From: Burkholderiales bacterium
GTDB taxonomy: Bacteria > Pseudomonadota > Gammaproteobacteria > Burkholderiales > JACQAP01
Length of the DNA stretch: 64,000 nt
Direction: 5' to 3'
NCBI GenBank assembly: GCA_035548375.1
Contig: DASZTG010000022.1
Span: 14,232-78,231, forward strand
Program-made: the position numbers and the translations under genes
The notes under the pieces: generated by a model
The model's input: the letters and a program-made list of their open reading frames with translations, nothing else
Databases searched by the model: none
Told to the model about the DNA's origin: nothing
Shown here: piece after piece, positions 10,550 to 21,267 of the stretch
How positions within the stretch are numbered: the first letter of the stretch is position 1
Layout of the letters: every line of letters starts with the position of its first letter

Positions 10550-11263
10550 CTAGTCGCGCCTGACGACCGCGGCATCGCCGATGATCAGCTTCATGGACTT
10601 CAGCCGGTCGCGCGCCTTTTCGGCTGCATCCCGCGTGGCGTAGGGACCGACGCGTACGCGCGTGCGGTCGCCAGTGGGATTTTTCACCAGTTCGGTATAC
10701 GCCTTGAACTTGTTGTCCTGCAGTTTTTTCTGCAGGGCTTTCGCGTTGGCCGCGCTCGAGAATGCGCCCAATTGCACGACGAAGGCGTCGTCGCCAGCGG
10801 GCTTCGCCGCGGCGGCGGCAGGCTTTGCTTCCCGCTTGGATGCCGGCTTCGCGGCCTGCCTGGATTCCGGCTTCGTCTTAACCGCGGCTTCCTGCCTGGC
10901 CGGCTCGACCGCGGGAACGGATCCATTGGCTTCGGCTGGCTTCGCTTCGACCGCAGGTGCCGGCGTTGCCGGTGCGCCATCCGGCATGCCGGCGATATGG
11001 GGCGTCGACGGTTGCGCATTGCTCGTCGAAGCCGGCGCAGTGGATTGCGTGTCGACCGGCGGAGCGGGGAGCTGCGAGGACGATTCCGTCTTCGGGATCG
11101 GCGGAATGGTGATGGAGACGTCCTGGTTGAGCGGCTTGGGTTCGCTGTCGAGGACCATCGGCAGGAAGACGACGATCAGCAGGACCAGGGCCAATGCCCC
11201 GACCAGCCGCCTGCGCGCGCGTTTCTTGAGCTGAAGCTCTTCGTCGCTAATTGCTTTCGACAT
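10550..11263 (-). CDS. dedD: SPOR-domain cell-division protein (DedD-like)
   Basis: 237-aa ORF. N-terminal TM anchor, Pro/Ala-rich linker, C-terminal SPOR domain (FVVQLGAFSSAANA...L...GF.AY). Conserved folC-dedD-cvpA-purF context. Confidence 0.8.
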   Translation of the reverse strand: MSKAISDEELQLKKRARRRLVGALALVLLIVVFLPMVLDSEPKPLNQDVSITIPPIPKTESSSQLPAPPVDTQSTAPASTSNAQPSTPHIAGMPDGAPATPAPAVEAKPAEANGSVPAVEPARQEAAVKTKPESRQAAKPASKREAKPAAAAAKPAGDDAFVVQLGAFSSAANAKALQKKLQDNKFKAYTELVKNPTGDRTRVRVGPYATRDAAEKARDRLKSMKLIIGDAAVVRRD

Positions 11264-11287
11264 GTAGTCCGCAGGAGGGCGCCGTGC

Positions 11288-12550
11288 TCATTGCCGGGCC
11301 AGCATGGCCGCTCCTACCGTGAAAAAGGAACCGAAGACCAAAATTTTATCATCTTGCCCCGCCGACTTGATCGCGCTTCGATAGGCGTCAGCAGGCGTAT
11401 CGAAATGCGCGACCGCGCCGCGTGCCCCAACGTTTGCCAGTGCGCGCCCGATGCGGGATGCATCCGCGCCGCGTGTTCCTGGCAGCGCGGCGACCATCCA
11501 TTCGTCGACCTCGTCCTTCAGGGCGCCGGCAACACCCTCGATGTCCTTGTCCTTGAGCATCGCGAATACCGCGATGACGCGCCCCCCTTTCGGCAACGCG
11601 CGCAGGCTGTCCGCGAGGCCGCGCGCCGCATGCGGGTTATGCCCCACGTCCAGGATGATCATGGGCCGCCCCGGCAGCACCTGGAAGCGGCCGGGCAGGT
11701 CGACCTCGACGAGGCCGCGCCGGATGGCTCCCATGTCGACAGGCAATTTGTCTCGGGACTGTTCCAGCGCGCATAGCACCGTCGCGGCATTCGCGAGCTG
11801 GTAGCTACCGCGCAACGCGGGATGGGGCAATCCGGCACGCCTGCCGAACGCGCTCCAGTACTGCCAGTCGTCGCGCGCGGCAACATATCCATAGTCGCGC
11901 GACCTCAGCAGGAGCGGAGCGGCGATTTCCGCCGCGCGTTTGACCAATGATTCGGGCGGATCGTCGTCGCCGCAAACGGCGGGTATGCCGGTTCGGAAAA
12001 TACCCGCCTTCTCCCGGCCGATGCTTTCGCGATCCGGTCCGAGATATTCCATGTGGTCGAAATCGATCGTGGTCACGACCGTGCAATCGGCGTCGAACAC
12101 GTTGACCGCGTCGAGGCGTCCGCCCAGGCCGACCTCGAGGACGGCGACTTCGACTTCCTGACGGATGAAGATTTCCATCGCCGCCAGCGTGCCGAACTCG
12201 AAATAGGTCAGCGAGTCCGGCGCACGCACCTCTTCCACGCGCGCGAAAGCATCGACCAACACGGCATCGTCGACCTCGCGTCGCGCGATGCGCACGCGCT
12301 CGTTATACCGCAGCAGATGCGGCGACGAATACGAGCCGACCCGATAGCCGGCGCAGGACAGGATGGCCTCCAGCATCGCGCATACCGAACCCTTGCCGTT
12401 GGTACCGCCGACCGTGATCACCGGAAAGGCGGGCGCGAGGCCGAGGCGATCGCGCACGCGCGAGACCCGCTCCAGCCCCATGTCGATGGCGGAGGGATGG
12501 ATGCGTTCGAGGTAGGCGAGCCAATCGGAAAGCGACTGCGGCAACGTCAA
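11288..12550 (-). CDS. folC: Bifunctional folylpolyglutamate synthase / dihydrofolate synthase
   Basis: 420-aa ORF. Mur-ligase P-loop (VGGTNGKGS), FolC-type motifs and context downstream of accD. Confidence 0.93.
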   Translation of the reverse strand: MTLPQSLSDWLAYLERIHPSAIDMGLERVSRVRDRLGLAPAFPVITVGGTNGKGSVCAMLEAILSCAGYRVGSYSSPHLLRYNERVRIARREVDDAVLVDAFARVEEVRAPDSLTYFEFGTLAAMEIFIRQEVEVAVLEVGLGGRLDAVNVFDADCTVVTTIDFDHMEYLGPDRESIGREKAGIFRTGIPAVCGDDDPPESLVKRAAEIAAPLLLRSRDYGYVAARDDWQYWSAFGRRAGLPHPALRGSYQLANAATVLCALEQSRDKLPVDMGAIRRGLVEVDLPGRFQVLPGRPMIILDVGHNPHAARGLADSLRALPKGGRVIAVFAMLKDKDIEGVAGALKDEVDEWMVAALPGTRGADASRIGRALANVGARGAVAHFDTPADAYRSAIKSAGQDDKILVFGSFFTVGAAMLARQ

Positions 12551-12594
12551 TGGTCCGGATCCCTTCGAAGCGCGGCGGCGCCGCGAAAATCAGG

Positions 12595-13458
12595 TCACGC
12601 CGCGGGGGCGCGCATCAAGAGCGTGATCAGGCCCACCAGCTTGTCGCGCATTTGCCGGCGGTCCACGATCATGTCGATCGCGCCATGCTCGAGCAGGAAC
12701 TCGGCGCGCTGGAATCCTTCCGGCAGGGTCTGGCGAACCGTCTGCTCGATCACCCGGGGACCGGCGAAACCAATCAGGGCGTTCGGCTCGGCGATGACGA
12801 CATCGCCCAGGAAGGCGAAGCTCGCCGACACGCCGCCCATGGTCGGATCCGTCAACACGGAGATGAACGGCAGTCGCGCGCGCGCGAGCTGCGTCAGCGC
12901 GGCGGTCGTTTTCGACATTTGCATCAGCGACATCAACCCTTCCTGCATGCGCGCGCCGCCGCTCGCGGTAAAGCAGACGAAAGGCAGGTTCTGCTCGCAG
13001 CAGCTCTGCACGCCGCGCACGAAACGCTCGCCGACCACGGAGCCCATCGACCCGCCCAGGAAGCGGAATTCGAACGCGGCGACGATCAGCGGAACGTTCT
13101 TGATAGAGCCCTGCATGACCACGAGCGCGTCGTCTTCCTCCGTCTCCGTCTTGGCCTGCTCGAGGCGCTCGGTGTAGCGCTTGCTGTCGACGAACTTCAG
13201 GAAATCGACCGGCTCGACTTCGGCGCCGATCTCGAACTGGCCTTCCGCGTCGAGCGTGAGATCGATGCGCTCGCGCGCGGTCAGCCGGTTGTGGTGCCCG
13301 CACTTCGGGCAGACGTTGAGGTTCTTGTCGAGGTCGGCGCGATAGAGCACCGTTTCGCAGACCTCGCATTTGCTCCAGAGGCCCTCGGGAACCGCCTTCT
13401 TGACCGCGCCGGCGCTGCGTTTGATCTTCGGCGGAAGCAGTTTCTGCAACCAGCTCAT
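12595..13458 (-). CDS. accD: Acetyl-CoA carboxylase carboxyltransferase subunit beta
   Basis: 287-aa ORF. N-terminal zinc ribbon (CEVC...CPKCGHH) and carboxyltransferase domain ([19 protein letters not shown]). Confidence 0.96.
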   Translation of the reverse strand: MSWLQKLLPPKIKRSAGAVKKAVPEGLWSKCEVCETVLYRADLDKNLNVCPKCGHHNRLTARERIDLTLDAEGQFEIGAEVEPVDFLKFVDSKRYTERLEQAKTETEEDDALVVMQGSIKNVPLIVAAFEFRFLGGSMGSVVGERFVRGVQSCCEQNLPFVCFTASGGARMQEGLMSLMQMSKTTAALTQLARARLPFISVLTDPTMGGVSASFAFLGDVVIAEPNALIGFAGPRVIEQTVRQTLPEGFQRAEFLLEHGAIDMIVDRRQMRDKLVGLITLLMRAPAA

Positions 13459-13515
13459 TCGCGTCCCCTCGTCATGCGCCGTGGCAGCGACGGAATTGCG
13501 GACCCGGTGCCAACG

Positions 13516-14316
13516 TCATGCACCGTCCATGGCCCGGCGGATGCCGCCGACCAGCGCCGACAAATTCCCGAGCAGTTTGTCCGAAGCGGAATTCTCGATC
13601 TCCTGCACCAGCCGGCTGCCGATCACGACCGCGTCGGACACCGAAGCGATCGCCTTCGCCGTCTCCGCGTCGCGGATGCCGAAGCCTACACCGATCGGCA
13701 GCTTGATGTGGGAGCGGATTTGCGGAATCTTGGCGGCGACGTCCTGCAGATCCAGGTTGGCGGCACCGGTCACGCCCTTGAGCGAAACGTAATAGATGTA
13801 ACCGGTCGCCATGCGGCCGACCCGTTCCATGCGGCTGTCCTGGCTGGTCGGCGAAAGCAGGAAAATCGAATCGATCCCGTGCGCCTTCAGCAGGTCGACG
13901 AGGTCGCTGCCCTCCTCCGGCGGATAATCCACGACCAGCACGCCGTCCACGCCGGCGGCCTGCGCGGCCTTCGCGAATGCGGCATGGCCCATGGCCTCGA
14001 TCGGATTGGCATAGCCCATCAGGACAACCGGCGTCTTCGTGTCCTGCGTCCTGAACTCCTTGACCATGTCCATCACGTGCCGGAGGCTGGTGCCGTGCTT
14101 GAGCGCGCGTTCGCTCGAACGCTGGATGGTCGGCCCGTCCGCCATCGGGTCCGAGAACGGCACGCCGAGCTCGATGATGTCCGCGCCCGCGCCTGCGAGC
14201 GCATGCATGATCGGCACCGTCGTGGACAGGTCGGGATCCCCCGCGGTGACGAACGGGATCAACGCCTTTTTCTTGCGCGCCTGGATTGCGGCGAACGTTT
14301 GCTGGATGCGGGACAT
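13516..14316 (-). CDS. trpA: Tryptophan synthase alpha chain
   Basis: Family-typical N-terminus MSRI...F......K.ALIPF.TAGDP. Start set at the internal Met (14316). The 12 extra codons of the track ORF run into an intergenic repeat. Confidence 0.94.
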   Translation of the reverse strand: MSRIQQTFAAIQARKKKALIPFVTAGDPDLSTTVPIMHALAGAGADIIELGVPFSDPMADGPTIQRSSERALKHGTSLRHVMDMVKEFRTQDTKTPVVLMGYANPIEAMGHAAFAKAAQAAGVDGVLVVDYPPEEGSDLVDLLKAHGIDSIFLLSPTSQDSRMERVGRMATGYIYYVSLKGVTGAANLDLQDVAAKIPQIRSHIKLPIGVGFGIRDAETAKAIASVSDAVVIGSRLVQEIENSASDKLLGNLSALVGGIRRAMDGA

Positions 14317-14324
14317 GATTATGT

Positions 14325-14431
14325 GAGGCGCGAGGTGCAAGGCGCGAGGCACGAGAAATGAAATCGCAGGCTGGCAAAAACTTGCGCGCGAAGCGGGCGG
14401 TTCCCGCGCCTCGTGCCTGGTGCCTCTCGCC
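14325..14431. repeat. Imperfect inverted-repeat element in the trpB-trpA spacer
   Basis: The left arm contains a 13-nt direct repeat (aggcgcgagg tgc aaggcgcgagg cac). The right arm (cgcgcctcgtgcctggtgcctctcgcc) is its imperfect reverse complement, about 21 of 27 matches by hand alignment. A 49-nt core separates the arms. Confidence 0.55.
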
Positions 14432-14440
14432 CGGCCCTAG

Positions 14441-15658
14441 TCACAGCTTCAACCCCGAACGCTCGGCGACCGTGTTCATGTCCTTGTCGCCGCGTCCCGA
14501 AAGATTGACCAGCAGCACTTTGTCCTTGCCCATGGACGGCGCGATTTTCATCGCGTGCGCGACGGCGTGCGACGACTCCAGCGCCGGCATGATGCCCTCC
14601 ATGCGCGTAAGCGTGTGGAATGCCTGCAGCGCCTCGTCGTCCGTGATCGGCACGTACTCGGCGCGACCGCTGTCCTTGAGGTATGCGTGCTCGGGGCCGA
14701 CACCCGGATAGTCGAGTCCGGCGGAAATCGAGTGGGTCTCGATGATCTGGCCGTTCTCGTCCTGGATCAGGTAAGTGCGATTGCCGTGCAGAACGCCGGG
14801 CCTGCCCGCGCACAGGGTGGCGGCATGCTTGCCCGACGCGATGCCATGGCCGGCGGCCTCGACGCCGATCAGCCGCACCTGCCTGTCTTCGATGTAGGGA
14901 TAGAAAGCGCCCAGCGCGTTCGATCCGCCGCCCACGCAGGCGATGATCGCATCCGGCTGGCGGCCGATGGCCTCCGGCATCTGCGTGCGCAGTTCGCGGC
15001 CGACGACGGAATTGAAGTCGCGCACCATCATCGGGTACGGATGCGGCCCCGCCACCGTGCCGATGATGTAGAACGTATTCTCGACATTCGTCACCCAGTC
15101 GCGCATCGCTTCGTTGAGCGCGTCCTTCAGGGTCTTCGATCCGCTTTCCACCGGCACCACCGTCGCGCCAAGCAGCTTCATGCGGTACACGTTCATCGAC
15201 TGGCGCTTGACGTCCTCCGAACCCATGTACACGACGCATTCCATGCCGTAGCGCGCCGCCACCGTCGCCGAGGCCACGCCGTGCTGGCCGGCGCCCGTCT
15301 CCGCGATGATGCGTTTCTTGCCCATGCGCCGCGCCAGCAGCGCCTGGCCGATGGTGTTGTTGATCTTGTGGGCGCCGGTATGGTTCAGGTCTTCGCGCTT
15401 GAGCCAGATCTGCGCGCCGCCGCAATGCTGCGACAGCCGCTTCGCGTGATAGACCGGGCTGGGACGCCCGACGTAGTGCTTGAGCTCGGACTCGAATTCC
15501 GCGACGAACTCCGGATCGCGGCGCATGCTCTCGTACTGCGCGCGCAATTCATCGAGGGCGTGGATCAGCGTTTCGGCAACGAATACGCCGCCGTACGGGC
15601 CGAAGTGGCCTTTCTCATCGGGAAGGTTGTAGGCCGTCACGCCTTCATACATCTGCAT
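14441..15658 (-). CDS. trpB: Tryptophan synthase beta chain
   Basis: 405-aa ORF. PLP-lysine motif ([11 protein letters not shown]) and conserved GGGSNA motif. Confidence 0.97.
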   Translation of the reverse strand: MQMYEGVTAYNLPDEKGHFGPYGGVFVAETLIHALDELRAQYESMRRDPEFVAEFESELKHYVGRPSPVYHAKRLSQHCGGAQIWLKREDLNHTGAHKINNTIGQALLARRMGKKRIIAETGAGQHGVASATVAARYGMECVVYMGSEDVKRQSMNVYRMKLLGATVVPVESGSKTLKDALNEAMRDWVTNVENTFYIIGTVAGPHPYPMMVRDFNSVVGRELRTQMPEAIGRQPDAIIACVGGGSNALGAFYPYIEDRQVRLIGVEAAGHGIASGKHAATLCAGRPGVLHGNRTYLIQDENGQIIETHSISAGLDYPGVGPEHAYLKDSGRAEYVPITDDEALQAFHTLTRMEGIMPALESSHAVAHAMKIAPSMGKDKVLLVNLSGRGDKDMNTVAERSGLKL

Positions 15659-16268
15659 CTCTCGCTCCTTGGATGAAGGCGGCGACCTTGGCCGCGTCCT
15701 TGATTCCCCTGGCCGCCTCCACGCCGCTGCTGACGTCCACGGCCCAGGGCCGCACGCTGCGTATCGCCTGGGTCACGTTCGCAGGCGTCAAGCCGCCCGC
15801 GAGGATCACCGGCAGCGGTAGTTGCCTGGGGACCAGGTTCCAGTCGAACGTGGATCCCGTGCCGCCGTGGCTGCCTTCGACGAATGCATCGAGGAGCAGG
15901 CCCTTCGCGCGGCGATAACGGGCGGCGTATTGTAGCAAATCCGTTCCCGACCCCACCCGCACCGCCTTGATGTAGGGCACGCCGAAGCCCTCGCAAAATT
16001 CCGGCGCTTCGTCGCCATGGAACTGAAGCAACTGCGGACGGACATTGGTGATTACCCGCTCGATCTCGACCACAGGCTGGTCGACGAACAAGGCCACGGA
16101 AGTCACGAACGGCGGCAATGAACCGACAATCGCGGCGCCGGCCTGCTCGCTGACGAGGCGCGGGCTTTTCGGATAAAAAATCATCCCGATCGCGTGAGCG
16201 CCGGCGCGCGCGGCGACCAGCGCATCCTCCACGCGGGTGATGCCGCAGATTTTTACCGCAGTAGCCAT
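15645..16268 (-). CDS. trpF: N-(5'-phosphoribosyl)anthranilate isomerase
   Basis: Start set at [12 protein letters not shown] (typical TrpF N-terminus). The upstream 116 codons of the track ORF overlap truA out of frame. 14-nt overlap with the trpB start. Confidence 0.93.
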   Translation of the reverse strand: MATAVKICGITRVEDALVAARAGAHAIGMIFYPKSPRLVSEQAGAAIVGSLPPFVTSVALFVDQPVVEIERVITNVRPQLLQFHGDEAPEFCEGFGVPYIKAVRVGSGTDLLQYAARYRRAKGLLLDAFVEGSHGGTGSTFDWNLVPRQLPLPVILAGGLTPANVTQAIRSVRPWAVDVSSGVEAARGIKDAAKVAAFIQGARDADV

Positions 16269-16291
16269 GTGGAACGCACGATTGAGATCGC

Positions 16292-17092
16292 CTATCCGGC
16301 CGCGAGCAAGAGATCTTCGACGCGGCGCAGGTCTGGAATCGGCGGCAACGCCCAGACGGCATCGTACTCCACCCCCGCGAGGTAGAGACCTGCCGGCGAA
16401 AACGTAGGCGCGGCGAGCGTGCGATCCCGCCCCTCCAGCAACGTCCGCATCCACTCCACGGGCTGCCTGCCGCTGCCGACGTAGACCAGCGAGCCGACCA
16501 GGTTGCGTACCATGTGCTGGAGAAAGGCGTTCGCCACGAACTCGAACCGGATCAGATCTCCCCGCCTGGCGACGTCGATGCTGCGCACGGTCTTCACGGG
16601 CGACCTCGCCTGACACTCGGCTGCGCGAAACGAGCTGAAGTCATGCTCGCCGAGCAGGCATTGTGCGGCTTCGAGCATCGCTGCTTCGTCAAGCTTGCGG
16701 TGCGTCCAGCCCGCCCGACCGCCTAGCAGCCCGGGGCGCGTCGCGCGGTTGAGCAGCCAGTAAACATAGCGCCGGCCTGTCGCGCGGAAGCGGGCGTGAA
16801 ATTCCTGTTGTACTTCGCGCGACCACGTCACCGCCACGCTTTGGGGTAGCAATGCATTGGTGCCGCGCGTCCACGCGCTGAGCGGGCGATCCGCCGTCGT
16901 GTCGAAATGCACCACTTGCCCAAGCGCATGAACGCCGGTGTCCGTGCGGCCCGCGCACGCGGTTTCTATTTTTTCTCCGGCGACACCCGACAGCGCGATT
17001 TCCAGTGCGTCCTGCACGCCGCAGCCGCCCGGTTGCGTCTGCCAGCCGCAGAACGCGTTGCCGTCGTATTCCAGTCCGAGTGCGATTCTCAA
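16292..17092 (-). CDS. truA: tRNA pseudouridine(38-40) synthase
   Basis: TruA motifs (RIALGLEYDG..F.GWQ.Q, catalytic GRTDTGVHA). The start is uncertain. I favour the TTG at 17092, giving (M)RIALG..., the family-typical N-terminus. In-frame ATGs exist at 17155 and 17182. Confidence 0.88.
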   Translation of the reverse strand: MRIALGLEYDGNAFCGWQTQPGGCGVQDALEIALSGVAGEKIETACAGRTDTGVHALGQVVHFDTTADRPLSAWTRGTNALLPQSVAVTWSREVQQEFHARFRATGRRYVYWLLNRATRPGLLGGRAGWTHRKLDEAAMLEAAQCLLGEHDFSSFRAAECQARSPVKTVRSIDVARRGDLIRFEFVANAFLQHMVRNLVGSLVYVGSGRQPVEWMRTLLEGRDRTLAAPTFSPAGLYLAGVEYDAVWALPPIPDLRRVEDLLLAAG

Positions 17093-17190
17093 TGCCGGAC
17101 CCCCGAAAGAAATGCCGGGGCACGCATGCCCCGGCACCGGATGTAGGAGAGCCATGTTAGCGCCCGATATGGCGGGCGCCAATTGCGGAA

Positions 17191-19998
17191 TCAGGCGTCC
17201 AGGCTGGTCAACACGGTCTGGGCCGCGGCCTTTTGCTCGGTATCGCCTTCCTGCAGCACTTCCTTGAGGATCTCGCGCGCGCCGTCCTTGTCGCCCATCT
17301 CCTGGTACGCCTTTGCCAGGTCGAACTTGGTTTGCACGTCGTACCAGTGGTCGTCCTTGCCGGTCGGCGAAATAGCCGGCGACGTTTCCATGCCGAGGTC
17401 CAGGCTGATGCCGGACAGATCGATTTCCGGCGCTGCCGCCCTCGCTTCCACCTTCGGCTCGGCCGGCGTATCGAGCGACAAACCGCTCATGTCGAAGTCC
17501 AGTCCGCCCGCGGACGCTGAGGGTTCGGCGGCGGCAACGGACGATTCCGGAGCGGAAGCGGCCAGCGAGTTGAGGTCGATGTCGAAATCCAGTCCGGACG
17601 CACTATCCGCCTTTGCCGCCTGCGGTTCCGACGCGGTCCCCCCGACGGCCGGCAGATCGACGTTGAAATCCATCGCGGCCGGTGCGGGTGGCGCTTCCAG
17701 CGACACGGTCGAGTCGTGATCGGGCTCGGCTGCAGGATCGATGATGCCTGTGCGGTCGAACGGGCTGCCGCCATCGCCCAGGTCGATATCGGTCGTCGTG
17801 GCGGTGGAATCCTCGGAGCCGATGTTGAAGTCGACATTTTCCGCCGCTGCCGCAGCCGTGGCGGCGGCCGCGATCCCCGCAGCGGCTGCTCCCTTGCCGG
17901 CTGCGTAACGTGAATTCTCCGGATCGACCTGGTATCCCAGTACGACCGCCTGGTCCCAGATCTCGCCCTTGCCGCCGGTTCCCTGCTGCAGGTCGCGCGC
18001 AACCTTCTCGAAGGACTTCGCATCCTTGCGGCTGGCATAGATCTGCAGCAGCTTGAGCTGGATTTCGGCGCGCTTCGGCGAGGTCTCGAGCGCTTCCTTG
18101 AGCAGTTCCTCCGCCTGGGCATCGCGACCGTAGGCGAGGAAGATTTCCGCCTCGGCTATCGGGTCGACTTCGTCGGAAGCCCCTTCGCTCGCAGTGGAAG
18201 CGATCGCCGCGGCGGGGCTTGCCACGGCGAGAACGTTGTTGTCACCCGCTGCCCTCGCAGGGGCAGATTCTTCGGCGTCGGATTTGGACTCGCGACGGCG
18301 CTTGACCGCGCGTACGGCAAGCGCCCCGATGATGACGAGGACACCGATGGCCGCTCCCAGATAGGCCGGCTGATCGAGCACCTGGTCCATCAGGCTCGGC
18401 TCGGGTGCGGGCGGCGCCGGCGGCGCCGCCTTCGGCGCCACGGGCTTCGGCGTCGTCGGGGCAGGCTGGTTCGGGGCGGGCGCGGTATCGCTCTTCGGTG
18501 CAACCGGCGCCGGCGTAGCCGGTGTCGGCGTGGCGGGCTTGGCTTCCGGCGCGGGTACGACCGGCGCCGGGGTCTTGGGTGCGGCCGGGGTCGCGGGAGG
18601 TTCGGGCTTCGGCGCTGTCTGCGTAGCGGGTGCTGGCGTGGTCACAGCCGGCGGCGGGGCGGCGGGTTTCGGCGCCTCCGCCATGGTATTGCTCTGCAGC
18701 TTGCGCAACTCGTTCAATTTCTCGATCTGCTTCTGCAGCATGGCCACGCGATCGTTGGCCTCCTTGATCGCCTTGTCGCGGGCAACGACCTCTTCTTCGA
18801 GCGCGCGCACACGCGCGGCGGATTGCGCGTTGCCTGCACCGGCTGCCGCGGCGGGCTCGTTCTTCGACAGCTTGAGAACTTCCTTCGGTTGCTCAGTCGC
18901 CGCCTTGTCCTGCGCGGGTGCGCCGACCTTGCCCGACGCCGCCTGTTGCGCCGGCTGCTCGGCAGGCGCTGCCTGGCCAGCAGCAGCCGCAAGCTGCTCG
19001 CGGTAGGCGCGCCAGTCACGAGCCTGGATCTTCACTTCCTTCCTGGCATCGGCTTCGCTGACGGAGGACAGTTGCTCGGAAGTCGGCAGCTGGAGGATCT
19101 TGCCCGTCTTCAGACGGTTCATGTTCTTGCCGGAGAACGCCTCGGGATTGTTCCTTACCAGCAGCACGAGCATCTGCTCGAGGCTCACGTCCGCCGGCTT
19201 GGTCGCGGTAGCAATCTTGTTCAGCGTATCGCCGCTCTTGACCGGACCATAGGCATCCGCCTTTGCGCTGGAGTCCTGGCCGCCTTCGAGCAGGGTGGGC
19301 TGGGCGCCGCCGATCGTCTCAGTGGGCTTCGCGGCCTCTTCCGGCCTGGCTTCGGCCGCCGGTGCTGCTTCCGGTTTGGGCTCTTCGGGTTTCGCTTCTT
19401 CGGGACGGGTTTCCGTGGACGCTTGCGGCGCGGGCTCGCTGGGCGCAGCGGCCGGTGCTTCCGCCTTGGGCGCCTGCTCGGGCTGGATCGCTTCCGGAGC
19501 AGGGACAGGCTCCGCTACCGGCGCAGTCGCCGGGGGCTGGGCAGGCTTGACTTCGGCGGCAGCGGCCTTCTGCTTCGACCGCTCGGCCAGTACGTCGGGG
19601 GGATCGAGCAGTGCGGTGAATTCGCGACTGATGCGGCCGGAAGACCAGGTCAGCTCGATGAGCAGGTCCACGAACGGTTCGGTTGCAGGCTGGGCGGACG
19701 TAATCTTGACGTACGGCTCTCCGCTCGCCCGTTTCTCGATGCTCACCTTCACGCCTGTGAGCAGGTTCGAATAGGCCAACCCGGAGCGTTCGAACGCGTC
19801 TGGACTGGCAAGGCGTACCGATAGCGAGTTGCTCTCGTTCTTTTCCGCCACGAGTTCGACTTCCGCCTTGAGCGGCTCGCCGAGAGCGGACATGACGGTT
19901 AGCTTGCCCAGGCCCGCCGCATGAGAAACGGCGCATATGGAAAGCAATGACGCGGCGACGATCCACGCGCGAATAGACGTGATGCCCAAAGCGCCCAC
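17191..19998 (-). CDS. fimV: FimV/HubP-family polar peptidoglycan-binding protein
   Basis: 935-aa ORF (GTG start). Signal/anchor, LysM domain (YGPVKSGDTLNKIA), Pro/Ala/Glu-rich low-complexity region, TM segment, TPR-like region, acidic LDFD/IDL repeats, conserved C-terminal motif (…DLAKAY.EMGD..GAREIL.EV). Conserved truA-fimV-asd context. Confidence 0.87.
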   Translation of the reverse strand: MGALGITSIRAWIVAASLLSICAVSHAAGLGKLTVMSALGEPLKAEVELVAEKNESNSLSVRLASPDAFERSGLAYSNLLTGVKVSIEKRASGEPYVKITSAQPATEPFVDLLIELTWSSGRISREFTALLDPPDVLAERSKQKAAAAEVKPAQPPATAPVAEPVPAPEAIQPEQAPKAEAPAAAPSEPAPQASTETRPEEAKPEEPKPEAAPAAEARPEEAAKPTETIGGAQPTLLEGGQDSSAKADAYGPVKSGDTLNKIATATKPADVSLEQMLVLLVRNNPEAFSGKNMNRLKTGKILQLPTSEQLSSVSEADARKEVKIQARDWRAYREQLAAAAGQAAPAEQPAQQAASGKVGAPAQDKAATEQPKEVLKLSKNEPAAAAGAGNAQSAARVRALEEEVVARDKAIKEANDRVAMLQKQIEKLNELRKLQSNTMAEAPKPAAPPPAVTTPAPATQTAPKPEPPATPAAPKTPAPVVPAPEAKPATPTPATPAPVAPKSDTAPAPNQPAPTTPKPVAPKAAPPAPPAPEPSLMDQVLDQPAYLGAAIGVLVIIGALAVRAVKRRRESKSDAEESAPARAAGDNNVLAVASPAAAIASTASEGASDEVDPIAEAEIFLAYGRDAQAEELLKEALETSPKRAEIQLKLLQIYASRKDAKSFEKVARDLQQGTGGKGEIWDQAVVLGYQVDPENSRYAAGKGAAAAGIAAAATAAAAAENVDFNIGSEDSTATTTDIDLGDGGSPFDRTGIIDPAAEPDHDSTVSLEAPPAPAAMDFNVDLPAVGGTASEPQAAKADSASGLDFDIDLNSLAASAPESSVAAAEPSASAGGLDFDMSGLSLDTPAEPKVEARAAAPEIDLSGISLDLGMETSPAISPTGKDDHWYDVQTKFDLAKAYQEMGDKDGAREILKEVLQEGDTEQKAAAQTVLTSLDA

Positions 19999-20025
19999 CC
20001 TGATCGGTTTTTGTTTGAAGTAATT

Positions 20026-20054
20026 AAAATAACATCATGGATTTAGAGATGCAA
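20026..20054 (-). promoter_or_regulatory. Candidate sigma70 promoter for fimV
   Basis: Minus strand TTGCAT-N17-TATTTT within the only AT-rich stretch of the asd-fimV spacer. Pattern only. Confidence 0.3.
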
Positions 20055-20124
20055 GCTCATATTTAGCCTCACATTCCGTGCCGAATCGCGGCTTTTAAAC
20101 CACCGGGGCAGGCTACGGGCGGCG

Positions 20125-21240
20125 TCAGCTCTCGATCAATATCCTGAGCATGCGCCGCAACGGTTCCGCCGCACCCCATAGCAGCTGGTCTCCGACGGTG
20201 AAGGCCGTAAGGTATTCGCCGCCCATGGGCAACTTGCGTAAACGGCCTATCGGCACGGTCAGCGTGCCGGTGACGTACGCCGGCGTCAGCTCGCGGATGG
20301 AATCCTCGCGACGGTTCGGGACGACTTTCGCCCATTGATTCGCGCTCGCGAGCATGCCTTCGATTTCCGCGATCGGCACATCCTTCGTGAGCTTGATCGT
20401 GAGCGCCTGGCTATGGCATCGCATCGCGCCGATGCGCACGCACACGCCGTCGATGGGGATCGGCTTTTCCTCACGGCCGAGGATCTTGTTGCCTTCCGCC
20501 TGTGCCTTCCATTCTTCCTTGCTCTGGCCGTTGCCGAGATCCTTGTCGATCCACGGGATAAGGCTGCCCGCGAGCGGCACGCCGAAGTGCTCGGTCGGAT
20601 TTTCAGGCGAGCGCAATGCCTCGGCGACCTTGCGATCGATATCCAGAATGGACGACGCCGGATCCTGCAACGGCGTCTTCGCAGCCGCATGCGCATGGCC
20701 CATCTGCGCGAGCAGCTCGCGCATGTTCTGCGCGCCCGCGCCGGAGGCTGCCTGGTAAGTCATCGCCGTGATCCACTCGACGAGGCCGGCCTTGAACAGC
20801 CCATGCATGCCCATCAGCATCAGGCTGACGGTGCAATTGCCGCCGATGTAGTTCTTACCGCCCTGCTTCAACGCAGAGCGGATCACGTCCATGTTCACCG
20901 GATCGAGAATAATGACGGCATCCTTCTGCATGCGCAGCGCCGATGCCGCGTCGATCCAATATCCGCCCCATCCCGCCGCGCGCAGCTTCGGGAAGATTTC
21001 GTTCGTATAGTCGCCGCCCTGGCAGGAGATTATGACTTCCATTTCCTTGAGCGCCGCGACATCCCCGGCATCCTTGAGCGGCGGTACATCCTTGCCGATC
21101 GACGGTCCCTTGCCGCCATGCTGCGACGTGCTGAAGAACACCGGGTCGATGAGGTCGAAGTCCTTCTCCTGCAGCATGCGCTGCATCAGCACCGAACCCA
21201 CCATCCCGCGCCAGCCCACCAATCCGACTCGTCTCATCAT
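20125..21240 (-). CDS. asd: Aspartate-semialdehyde dehydrogenase
   Basis: 371-aa ORF. N-terminal Rossmann motif ([14 protein letters not shown]), active-site region GGNCTVSL. Confidence 0.96.
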   Translation of the reverse strand: MMRRVGLVGWRGMVGSVLMQRMLQEKDFDLIDPVFFSTSQHGGKGPSIGKDVPPLKDAGDVAALKEMEVIISCQGGDYTNEIFPKLRAAGWGGYWIDAASALRMQKDAVIILDPVNMDVIRSALKQGGKNYIGGNCTVSLMLMGMHGLFKAGLVEWITAMTYQAASGAGAQNMRELLAQMGHAHAAAKTPLQDPASSILDIDRKVAEALRSPENPTEHFGVPLAGSLIPWIDKDLGNGQSKEEWKAQAEGNKILGREEKPIPIDGVCVRIGAMRCHSQALTIKLTKDVPIAEIEGMLASANQWAKVVPNRREDSIRELTPAYVTGTLTVPIGRLRKLPMGGEYLTAFTVGDQLLWGAAEPLRRMLRILIES

Positions 21241-21267
21241 CGCACCCTCAAGCTGTTCATCTTTGCC

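Noticed and set aside
12550-14361. 603-aa ORF on the plus strand
   Set aside because: Antisense to accD and trpA, both strongly supported. Arg/His-rich nonsense translation.
17191-19998. Low-complexity Pro/Ala/Glu and acidic LDFD repeats as a novel repeat protein or recent duplication
   Set aside because: These features, together with the LysM domain and the conserved C-terminal motif, are standard for FimV/HubP-family proteins in exactly this truA-asd context.
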